Assembly (NCBI GenBank): GCA_951406725.2
Contig: OX597829.1
Coordinates: 56,792,001-56,856,000, forward strand
From: Octopus vulgaris
Lineage: Eukaryota
Reading direction: 5' to 3'
DNA: 64,000 bases
Below, in pieces: positions 53,365 to 64,000 of the stretch (position 1 is the first letter of the stretch; the number at the start of each line of letters is the position of its first letter). The notes under the pieces are model-generated. The model searched no databases. It worked only from the letters and a program-made list of their open reading frames with translations, and was not told where the DNA came from. Position numbers and translations under genes: made by a program.

Positions 53365-55110
53365 GTTGGTGAACGATGCAGAGAATAATTTAATGACTAA
53401 TGCAGTGAACAATGTAGTTAATGTTATAGTGAACATATGATGAACAATGTAAATAATGTAGTGGATGATGTAGGCAGCAATGAATTGAGCAATATAGTTA
53501 ATGAACAATATAATTAATTATATAGAGTGCAGTGAATTGATGCAATTAAAGATGTGATGAACAGTAGATTGAATAGCAGAGCAAAGAAGAATAATGTATT
53601 GGGTTATCCCATAAATAATGCAGTTTTTTTTATACTTCTTTTATTTTTCAAAATTAAAACAAACACAGTTCTTTTTTAATCTAAAATATACTCTCCTTCA
53701 TTTTCTGCAATGCTCTTCCATCTATCTGGTAGACTTGCAAGTCCCCTCTTCCAAAATACACTTGCCTGTGATGAAAAATACTCTTCCAGTACTGTTCTGA
53801 CTTTGTCTACAGAATTCATATTTTTTCCATTCAAATGATTTGGAAGACTACAGAATAAATGTTACTCAGATGGGGCATCACTTCCCATTCAAACTGCTCT
53901 AGCTTTTGGAATGTCATCCTTGCTGTATGTAGCTGAGCATTATTCTGTTGGAAGACTACCTTTTGGCTTGAAGCCCAAAGATGGTCATTTGTCTTCTAGC
54001 ACTGACTGAAGCCACTCAAGCTGCTCACAGCAGATCTCCTTTGTTATTGTTTGGTTTGGGTTTAAAAGTTCAAAGTGGACTAAACCTTTCATATCCCACC
54101 AAACAGCTAACAAAACCTTACATAGGTGAAGACTTTTTTTGGCCTGGGGTGCCAGTGTTTCTCCTTTCCCTACCCACTGCTTTTGGCACTTGACATTTTT
54201 ATAGAGAACCCATTTCTCGTCACCAGTCACTATTTGGTCTAAAAAAGGTTCATTCGTGAGATGTGACAGCAAAGAAAAGTGCACATTCACTCTCTGTGTG
54301 CAATTAGACTTGGAAAAGTTATGAGGAACCCATTGACCCAATTTGCTGACTTTTCTGATGGCACGCTGGTGTCGATGAATGGTTGAATGACCAAATCCAA
54401 GCTTCTCTGCTAGTTCCTCAGGATTTTGTTCCACCAGGGTTTGCAAGACATCCTCGTTGCACTCTACAGATCTTCCACGATGAAATTTCTAGAACTACTG
54501 TTGATATTGGCTTACTCTTATTGTCCGATCCCCACATACTGCGTTAATATTCCTCGCACTTTCCATTGCATTGTTGCCTTTATTGAACTCATAAAGCAAA
54601 ATATTCCGAATATGCACCTTTGTCACTTCCATTATAGCTTTGAAAAAAATAACTGTTAAAATTGAACTGTACTCTTCAAAACTTGCACTAAGAATAAGTA
54701 CAAGGTAAAATCACTACCTGCTTTTATAGCAAGCTGATGCAGGTAGTTTATCCTGCTCCCTTCCGACTTTTCATGCAATTGAAAAAATTGCATTATTTAT
54801 GAGATGACCCAATAGTTAACAAAGCTGTTAACGATGTCGAGGGCAATTTGGTTAATAGTGCAATGAACAAAGCAACTAATGACATGGCAAACGCTACAAT
54901 TAACAGTGTACTGAATGATTCAGATAATGAGGTAGTGAGCAATATGGTAAAAAATGTAGTGAATGTTGCGGTTAATTATGTGGCGAAAGTATAATTAGCA
55001 ATATAACGAATACACATAATGAACAATGTAGTTAATGATGTAATAAACAAGAAAGTTAACAGTACAGTAAATGATGCAGTGAACAATGTTACTGATGGTA
55101 TACAGAACAA
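53365..55110. repeat. Degenerate 12/24-bp periodic minisatellite (GTGAACAATGTA/GTTAATGATGCA-like) split by the mariner
   Basis: GTGAACAATGTAGTTAAT-type units at 53365-53597 and 54815-55110. Confidence 0.6.
53599..54812 (-). mobile_element. Tc1/mariner (mariner-type) DNA transposon, near full length, inactivated
   Basis: TIRs TTGGGTTATCCCATAAATAATGCA / TGCATTATTTATGAGATGACCCAA flanked by TA. Transposase remnant has WVPH and TGDEKW motifs (ORF 53985..54446). The second catalytic Asp reads QNNA and the YSPDL motif is missing. Confidence 0.9.
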
Positions 55111-56934
55111 TATACATCACAGTTCATTAAAAATTCAAAACAATAACAACAAATGTAAAACATTTTTGTTTGGAAACTGATTTCTTTCGAATAATGTGGG
55201 TTAAATTTTGTAGAGAAAATGATGTAATGGATTGAATTAACTTGCATTAATTACAGGTACTTATAAGAAGAGAACAACCAAGCTGGTGAGTAAGATATTG
55301 AACTACCAGTTCTTAATTCAAGAATACAAATTCTCTGCAAGTATTTCATTTTGTAACTGAAACACACCATTCCTGCATTGTTTCAGTTACAGATAGATAA
55401 ATATGTATCTAAGACCATCTGAGAATACCAACAAAACTGATATATTTATTTCTTAACTGCTTAATGCCATAGAAATCAATGTAAAGTGCTATTCCTTAAA
55501 AGTTCCACTCCAACCCCTTTTAGAGCAGATGAAATATCAACATTTTTTAATGACTTTGAAATCAGAAAGTGATCCTAACAGAATTTGAATATGGCTCCAA
55601 GTGATAAACTGCTATCCATTAAAAAGTGATAATGCAGGGCTTGAAGGGGCTCTTTAACGTTGCTGAGAACATGACAACCTCTATGGTGCTGGTACCAAGA
55701 AGAAATAAAGGCACTCAATACACTCTGTAATGTTTTGGTATTAAGAATGGTTATACAACCAAAGAACAAGGCCAGAACAGAGACACTGGAGCAAGAAGTT
55801 GTTCTCCAATGTGTCAGATTCTGTTGAACAATCCAAACCATACCAATATAGAAAATGGATGTAAAATGATGTTTTGCATTTAGTTCAATGCATTACTGAT
55901 TAATTTTAATATCAATCCTTGATATTTTTATAATAAATATTACTAACTTTACTACAATGCAAGAAAAATTGCCAGCAGAAGCAATAAAGTGTTTTTCTTC
56001 CTCTCACCATGCAAAGAAAATTCTGTATGAACCACAAGTAAACTGATGGGGACGGTAGTGGGACAACGCTTGAAGAATGAAAGGAATGAGATAAACAGGA
56101 TTGCTATTTGATATGTAACAATGTGTACAAAAGACAGAACAGAGATGAGGTGGGAGCATGGCTAGGCATTAAAATTCTTAAAAAAAATCGGCACTATGCT
56201 GTCATGCAATAGAAATGAATGATGATGGGAGGTCAGTAAATAAAATGCAGGTAGAAGTTTGTAAGAAGATCTCCAAGATGGTGATGGTACTCAGATGAAA
56301 TGATGCAGACCCATCCAACCCATGAAGGCAAAAAAGCTTATGACAATGGTGAAGGAAATATGGATAAAATATACCAATAAACCTACAATCACTCATTAAA
56401 TTTGTTTCGAATTTCTAACTTTTATTTAACCCTTTTAGCATTCAAATTTCTGTGTCAAATGTAATGTTTATTTAATTTATATTGATTTGAATTAATCATG
56501 CATGACCTTGCAGCTTTAAGATTTCGATGACATGATTGTCTTTATTTTTAGAATAATGTTGTAGGGCAGGTACGAGAGGCCAGATCTGGCTAGTTTGAAG
56601 ATAATACAGGTAGATTATTTTGGCTGGATATGACTGGTTTAAATGCTCATGGGTTAATAGTAATTTTCAAAAAAAATTAAGAAAAATAGTTTTCTTTGGA
56701 AAATAATTACCAAGATTGGAACAATGCAATGTATTAATAAAAGTGGGGGGTAATTTGTCCTACTTTACTGAAACCAGAGGAACATAAATCCAAGTGTGAT
56801 CCAAGCATATTTTAAATTTACAATATGGAGAGAAAGAATTAAATATCAAATGACATTTAGCCTGGCACTCTACCATCTCTTTATGAATATTTTTGTTGTT
56901 TTAATTCAAAATCTGCTTAAGTTATATATCTTAC

Positions 56935-57289
56935 CGTTTTGTCTGATGCTTTCATCCATTATAGTAACTTGAGCACATTTTCCATACATGTCCACAACTG
57001 CATACACTTTGTTTGGAATGCCGGTAGCTGCTGGGCCATGGTCTACATCATTGATGAAGAAATGCAGAGCACCATAATCAGTACGCAGCACTCCAATGCG
57101 GTCTCCTTCTGAAAGAATGTCCAAATCACAGCCATATTCTTCGTTTAATGAGTGGCCATTTTTCAGAATGCTGTTGCCAGACATAACCCATGTTCCTTCA
57201 CGAAATGATGAAGCACTGACTGGAAAATTTAATGTTGTAGGATCACAGGTAGTAACACCCATTTCTATTGAACCACTCCATGCGTAAAC
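56935..57289 (-). CDS. NEURL4: NEURL4 exon: second half of NHR1 (VYAWSGSIEMGVTTCDP...VYAVVDMYGKCAQVTIM)
   Basis: ttcag|GTT acceptor, G|gtaag donor; 355 nt, phase 0 to 1; overlaps ORF 56906..57262. Confidence 0.92.
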
Positions 57290-58029
57290 CTGAAGAAAAT
57301 AATTAAAGAAAAGAGAAACAAAACCAAAATATATTTTAGGAGAAACATTTACAAAGCAAAGAAATGAAAGAATATTTTAATAATCAATATATATATGAAG
57401 GAATGGTTGAGACGATCAGGTACTGGACAATAAACAGAGAATTTGGTAGTTCAAATCCCCAAACTGGTACTGTTGTATTTGTAGTTAAGACATATTTAAT
57501 ATGGTAGGGTTAATATTATTTTCAAGTTGTTGGGTTACAGTTAAGAGTTTGCTGATTTAAGCATTCTGATTGACTCCCATCTTTCCCTCCTGGTTCATAT
57601 TTTTACCTGAAGATGTTCAAGGTGAGTATCAATTGCATCAATCTCACCAGTTTAGGAGTATTGTCACTTCTCTTTTGGCCAACTTAAAAAATAAAGAAGA
57701 AAAAAAATCTAAAAACATCACTTTGACTTGCAAATGTCCCAGTCTACCTAGCTGTAAACAGGTCCTACAAAATCAAAATATCAGTGATGTAAGCAGCTGC
57801 AACACGGGTGACTGTTTTATTAGCTTGTGGGTCCAGGTTTAACTTCTGCTCTGATCATGTTGTAAGTTATAAGGGGCTGACTGAAAACCTATTGAAAAAT
57901 GCAACTAAACCTGAAAATTGAAATTAATCCAATTGTCTGGCAATACACACATTGAATAAGGTACTAAAATATGACTGTTTTCATACCTGTCTTCACCTAT
58001 GGTTATGAAAGTTGGGTAACAACCGAAAG

Positions 58030-58345
58030 AGTACGATGACAAATGTAAGCAGCTGAAATGGGGTTCTTTTGAAAGATCTCTGGAGTACATAAGTAGGAAA
58101 TTAAGGAGTCTCACCTGGTCAAGATGCTACTTCCCCACACTGAGAGAACACAACTCTGGTACTATGGACATGTGATTAGAATGTGGCAAGACAGAATCAC
58201 AAGACAGATTCTTCAAGCTGAGCCAACTGGCAGGAAACTTAGGAGTAGACCAAGAACGAGGTGGTTGGATAAGATCCACAATCTTAGCTGGTCACACTTG
58301 GGAATCCAGCCAGCAAAACCAATGATGGGTGTTCCTGATAGGACC
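58030..58345 (+). mobile_element. LINE (RTE-like) C-terminal fragment
   Basis: QLWYYGHVIRM..RITRQIL..PTGRKLRSRPRTRWLD (ORF 58124..58366). Confidence 0.7.
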
Positions 58346-59189
58346 ATATCTCTTTTAATATCCTGACTTGAAGCATAATAACAGTTTGTTCATCTAATCA
58401 CTTAACCTAGTTGCCACCTACATGTGTGTGCTAGCTGATATGGACAAACACATCCTGACCCTTGAGATTAGGCTCTCAGTTTCTTATTGACAAAAAAAAA
58501 AGAAGTGTAACTTGATCTTTGAGCCTTTTATGGAAATATGTTAATAAGATATTATCCTACAAACACATTGGGGTTTTGATTTTAGACATGTAAATACAAA
58601 CAACCAGCCGACACTGAGAAAATCTGACAGAGAAATGAAAGTCAGGGGAAGACGTTAAGAATGACCAAACTGAAATAAGACAGGTGTCTGAAATATAAAT
58701 GTCAGGTCAATAGATTTTTTTTCCTCTCTCTTAAAGGAAAGCATCTCCTGTGAAGAATATATCATTTGACATAAAAAACAAATAGCTGGTGAGCTCAGGA
58801 TAAGAACTAGATGGAACAGAAACAAGACAAACTGAAGAAAGAATGTTTGGAAGCTGAAAGATTCCTCTAACATTTGTGATTGCTAACTTCCAAGAATTAC
58901 TGGACAATATGATGAGCAGGAGGAGAGGGATAAAGAATTATGATAATGCAGTCTTCTTTCTCAAAGGAAGTTCCACGGGTGTCTTAATAAAATACAACAA
59001 AAATTTAATCTATGAAACAAATGCTATTTCTCATTTTTAAAATAAGTTATTTGGATTTTGATAACAAATTTTGTTTCATTTAATGTCGTTAAAATTAGGG
59101 CGGTGGTCATGGTGGGATAGTTTGTAAAATATACATATGGATTGTGATTTTTGGATAAATCATAGAATGAGTTCTATCACAAAATAAGT

Positions 59190-59568
59190 TTGGTGCCCCA
59201 TAAAAGATTATGTAATTTAAAGTATAAATAATAACAAACCATGAAATAAATTTTTATTTTTCAAAACAAAACAAAACAGTAAGAGGGAAAATAATGATTT
59301 TTTTTTGTATACTTTCACTATATTTATATTTGAAAAGTTTCCTCCTACTTTTTTGAATTGCAAAGTCTTTGATGAGATCCTTAAAATTAATCGTAGGTAA
59401 CACACCTGCATCTATACTTAATAGAGATAAAGGCATCCCGAATATTATTTTAACAAGTTTAAAGTGATTTCTTTTGTGCCGTAGACCATTTACCATCTCC
59501 ATGGTTCCCTTCCTTCTCTTGATGCCCTAAGCATGTGTTTATTTTGCTTAATGGTTAATCCAACGCTG
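59190..59568. mobile_element. Second, left-truncated copy of the 24335 hAT-type MITE family
   Basis: Shares internal sequence (TTGCAAAGTCTTTGAT, AAGTTTAAAGTGATTTCTTTTGTG) and right end TTTTGCTTAATGGTTAATCCA..GCTG. Confidence 0.78.
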
Positions 59569-59923
59569 TGTGCAATATAAGTGAGCATGAAGGACATAGT
59601 ATAGAAATGATGAGAGAAAGACCGGGCATAAGAGGGATCAGTTGTAGTGTGCAGGAGAGAAGACTGTGCTGGTACAGACATGCGATGAGGACAGCTGTAT
59701 AGAAAAGTGACAATCCAGTAAATGCAGTGGAGTCTGTTGAAGAGGGAGACCCAAGAAGACATAGGATGAAGTAGTAAAAAATGGCCTTAGGATCCTGAGA
59801 ATTACAGAGGAATGACAAAGGACAGGGATATCTGGTAGTATGAGGTCCTTGTGAAAACTTGCTCATCATATTAAAACTGACTTCTGGAAGAACTGCTTGG
59901 GTACATATTGTATACATATATGC

Positions 59924-60002
<79 letters not shown>

Positions 60003-60005
<3 letters not shown>

Positions 60006-62039
60006 CAAATAATTACAGAGATATCAAGCTGTTGGATCAGGTAATGAAGGTTACAGAGAGGGTCATAGCCCAACTGATTAGGGAGAGAGTCAACTTGGAT
60101 GAGATGCAGTTTGGTTTCATGCCAGGGAAAAGCACCACTGATGCCATATTTCTGGTGAGACAGCTGCAGGAGAAATACCTAGTCAAAGATAAGCCCCTGT
60201 ACCTGGCTTTCGTTGACATGGAGAAAGCCTTTGACAGGGTCCCCCGATCCCTTATCTGGTGGTCAATGAGGAAACTAGGGATAGATGAATGGCTGGTGAG
60301 GGCTGTGCAAGCCATGGACAGGGATGCCGTAAGTAAGGTTAGGGTTGGCAACATGTACACAGAAGAATTCAAAGTAGAGGTTGGGGTCCACCAGGGTTCA
60401 GTACTCAGCCCCCTCCTATTTATCATAGTCCTCCAGGCAATTACAGAGGAATTCAAGACAGGTTGCCCCTGGGAGCTCCTATATGCTGACAACCTTGCTC
60501 TAATTGCTATCAGAACTATCAGAACTGGAGGAGAAGTTCCAGGTGTGGAAGGAGGGTCTAGAATCGAGCGGCCTTAGAGTCAACCTAGCTAAAACTAAAG
60601 AACTAATAAGTAGGAAGGTAGACAATCCACAAATGTCTTCAGGAAGATGGCCCTGCTAGATCTGTAGAAAAGGTGTAGGTAGAAACTCTATAAGATGCAC
60701 CCAGTGTAAGCTATGGACACATAAGAGGTGCAGCAATGTCAAAGGAAGGCTAACTAGGGAAGATAGTTTTTGTATGTGGCAGATGTTTGGGAGCATTGAC
60801 CTCTGAAAATCTGCAGAAAACAACTTCCGTCACTTTCCAAGGGGAAAAACTAGAAGTAGTTGATAGCTTCTGTTATCTTGGTGACCAAGTCAGTAGTGGG
60901 TGTGGGTGTGCTGAAAGTGTAATGGCTAGAGTAAGAATAGCCTGGGCAAAGTTTAGGGAGCCCTTACCTCTGCTGCTGGTGACTAAAGGCCTCTCGCTCA
61001 GAGTAAAAGGCAGACTATATATGATGCATGTGTACGAACAGCCATGCTACATGGCAGTGAAACATGGGCCGTGACTGCTGAGGACATGCGTAAGCTCGCG
61101 AGAAATTAAGCCAGTATGCTCCGCTGGATGTGTAATGACAGTGTGCATGCTCGACAGAGCGTTAGTACCCTGAGAGAAATGTTGGACCTAAGGAGCATCA
61201 GTTGTGGTGTGCAAGAGAGACGATTGCGCTGGTATGGTCATGTGGCGAGAATGGATGAAGATAGGTGTGTGAAAAAGTGACAATCCCTAGCAGTGGAGGG
61301 AACCCGTGGAAGAGGTAGACCCAGGAAAACTTGGGATGAGGTGGTGAAGCACGACCTTCGAACTTTAGGTTTCACTGAGGAAATGACCAGCGACCGAGAC
61401 CTTTGGAAATATGCTGTGCGTGAAAAGACCAGGCAGGACTAGTGAGTCCAGCCCACTTATGCATGCCTTTCCTCCCTTGGACACACAAACACCTGTTGAG
61501 GCAAGCGAAGTCGATATCGAACCTCATCCGACGACAGGCACCTATGCCAACCCCCCTTTGCTTGCGAAGACCTGTTGGGGCAAGTGAAATCGAAATCGGA
61601 ATTGAAATTGAACCAATCCTATGACTGGCACCCGGAAGATGCCAGGACCCCTTGGACTGGAGATACGTAAACAGCACTATCCGAATCGTGGCCAAAGCCA
61701 GTGCCGCCTCGACTGGCTTCCGTGCCGGTGGCACGTAAAAGGCACCATCCGAATCGTGGCCGAAGCCAGTGCCACCTCGACTGGCTTCCGTGCAGGTGGC
61801 ACGTAAAATGCACCAATCCACCCGTGGCCGATGCCAGCCTTGCCTGACTCCAGTGCAGGTGGCACGTAAAAAGCACCCACTACACTCTCGGAGTGGTTGG
61901 TGTTAGGAAGGGCATCCAGCTGTAGAAACATTGCCAGATAAGACCGGAGCCTGGTGCAGCCTTCTGGTTTCCCAGATTCCTGGTCGAACAGTCCAACCCA
62001 TGCTAGCATGAAGAACGGACGTTAAACGATGATGATGAT
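60003..62039 (+). mobile_element. 5'-truncated RTE-clade LINE (RT pseudogene, 3' UTR with tandem modules, (GAT)n tail)
   Basis: ORF 59897..60577 has QFGFMPGKSTTDAIF, FVDMEKAFD, GVHQGSVLSPLLF and YADN (degenerate YADD). It continues with frameshifts to RLRWYGHVARM...GRGRPRKTW and ends AACGGACGTTAAAC(GAT)n. It starts directly after a (TA)n tract. Confidence 0.92.
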
Positions 62040-64000
62040 ATGAACCTCTTGGTCAGTACCCTCCCCACTACATCTGCTCCACCAAAACTCTTCCCAACAT
62101 CAAATGCCACTTTCCTCTTTTGTTATTCAAAACCATCTCACTTGTCAGCCATTCTTCATTAATACTGTTCTCCACATTCACGTTACAATGGCTATCCTAT
62201 TTTCCCCTCCTATTATTTTTTCTCCTCTCGCATTAGAGCCTGTCTTATCTTCTTACTCCATTCCAATTGCAGAGGAGCGACAGTGTCACGTCACGTACAC
62301 TGGTTGTCTTATATCACTCAGGGTAGCTTAGATCACAACTACTGTCAATTGATGGATTACAGCTTCTTTAACCCTTTTGTTACCATATTTCTGTTGTTTT
62401 TTTTCAATTAATTTTGAAGACAACAAAGAATTTAGTAAAATAACTCAATTATCATTAAGCTAGTGTTAGGGACATAAATTGGACCAAGATTTTAATTCAG
62501 AATTTTTGAAAACAAGACATTTGTATTACGGAGCCAGGGCTGGTTCCAGCCAGGTTGGTATAAAAAGGGTTAAACCTAGGATTTCTAATATTCCTTTATA
62601 TCCTTCAGTGTAACTATAATCTCTTTATGACTACTCTGTAGATGTTTCACAGAGTAAGGAAAGTGTATGAATTTGTTCTTTAGTGTGGGTGTTTGTTATG
62701 AAGACATGCGGCCAATGTAATTTCTGTTGCATTTATTACAAACTGTAAGATATACGAAATGGGTCCGTAAACATGCAAACATTGTTGCATCGCATGTGTG
62801 TATAGACTCTCAGGAAGGTCTAGTGTATGCTAGCTGTATACACGATCCCTCCCTATGGATAGTAAGATAGATTTCATTGGATAATCTATCATTAAAGTGT
62901 GGCAATATTAACTAGAAAGTTTTGTTGTTGATGGTGGTGGTGTTATATTATCAAGATATTATCAAGGGTGCTGGTATCTGTTGTCCATTAACATCGTTTG
63001 GAACTGCTTGGTGTTGGCAGTTCTGTCTCCTGCTTTTCTGTACCTGTTCTGTACGGGAGATATTCCATTTTGCATGTAAACAGCCTACATACGAATGAAT
63101 GGAAATGAGAAAATGTATAGGATTCAGGAGAGATGTAAAAGGGTAGGAGCTGTACAGAGGAGGAGGAGGAGGTACTGTATGATTAAAGTTAGTAGCAAAG
63201 GTGCGAGTCAGTTGAATTGGTGCGTGAGCGACAAAAAACAAGGTGGAAGTGGGTGTGAACAGGTGTTGCCATCCATCACTCTTGTTCTTATTGTTCTCAT
63301 TATCTTTTGTTATTCACTTATCCTGCTACCCAATTATCATGAGCCTATCACTCTCCCCATCTCTTCCATCAATTTCTATTTTGTCAGTCATTACCTCTGA
63401 AATTAAACATCCATTGGAGCACGCTTTACCCCAGTGATGTTTTTTTATATTTCACATAATGCACTATCAAAAAATACACATCATTGTAATGACTGGAATC
63501 CATCCACAAGATGAACCAAAAGTTATAAAACAGCTTGAAAGACTGAAAATTTCAGTTTTAGAAAGACAATATGAAGGGTAACTTCAAAATTACTGTCAAA
63601 CATTTCCTTGCAAAATATACAACATATAACTACACACACACACACAAACCCAAACAAACATATCTGAATATTTCATGTCTGTTTTTCATGCTAACATGAG
63701 ATGAGCAGAGATCTATTGTGAAAGTGTTTTACAGCTGTCACCAACCTATATCTATTCTTCAAGATATTTTTTATTCTACTGATCCTCAAAAGCTTACAAC
63801 TACAGAATATATTGTCATCATTGTCTTGTCCAGAAGGTGTCATAAAATGTAAACATCCATACATTATTCATTTTACATATTTTCCCAAGTAAGCACGAGT
63901 TACACAAATATGTTATTGAGGCATTGCTTTACAGTCAGATGCTCTTTTCGATGCTGACCCTTACTTGGTTTACAAGTAAAGGTTCTCTTATTTCATATGG

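Noticed and set aside
62951-63300. Candidate upstream NEURL4 exon (AG at 63085-63086, GT at 63042-63043)
   Set aside because: 41 nt with no NHR similarity in any frame; adjacent sequence looks like a decayed LINE 3' end. The missing first half of NHR1 was not found in 57290-64000.

Overview
AT-rich, microsatellite-dense animal genomic DNA. The repeat landscape suggests a cephalopod such as Octopus, but that is an inference. Almost the whole window is one intron-rich minus-strand gene, NEURL4 (neuralized-like 4). I traced 21 GT-AG coding exons from 57289 down to 371 by hand. They splice in frame into about 1286 codons covering six NHR domains; the first half of NHR1 and the C-terminus lie outside the window. 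The introns contain RTE, CR1/Jockey-like, Tx1-like and R4/Dong-like LINE remnants, tRNA-derived SINEs, a dead mariner, hAT-type MITEs and long microsatellites. The most notable unannotated signal is a set of minimal type-I hammerhead ribozyme motifs (CUGANGA-stem II-GAAA-palindromic stem III-NUH) from several families. Several sit in fold-back inverted repeats next to (TA)n tracts, an architecture typical of Penelope-like element remnants. One lies downstream of a tRNA-like Pol III head. No catalytic activity or database match has been tested.
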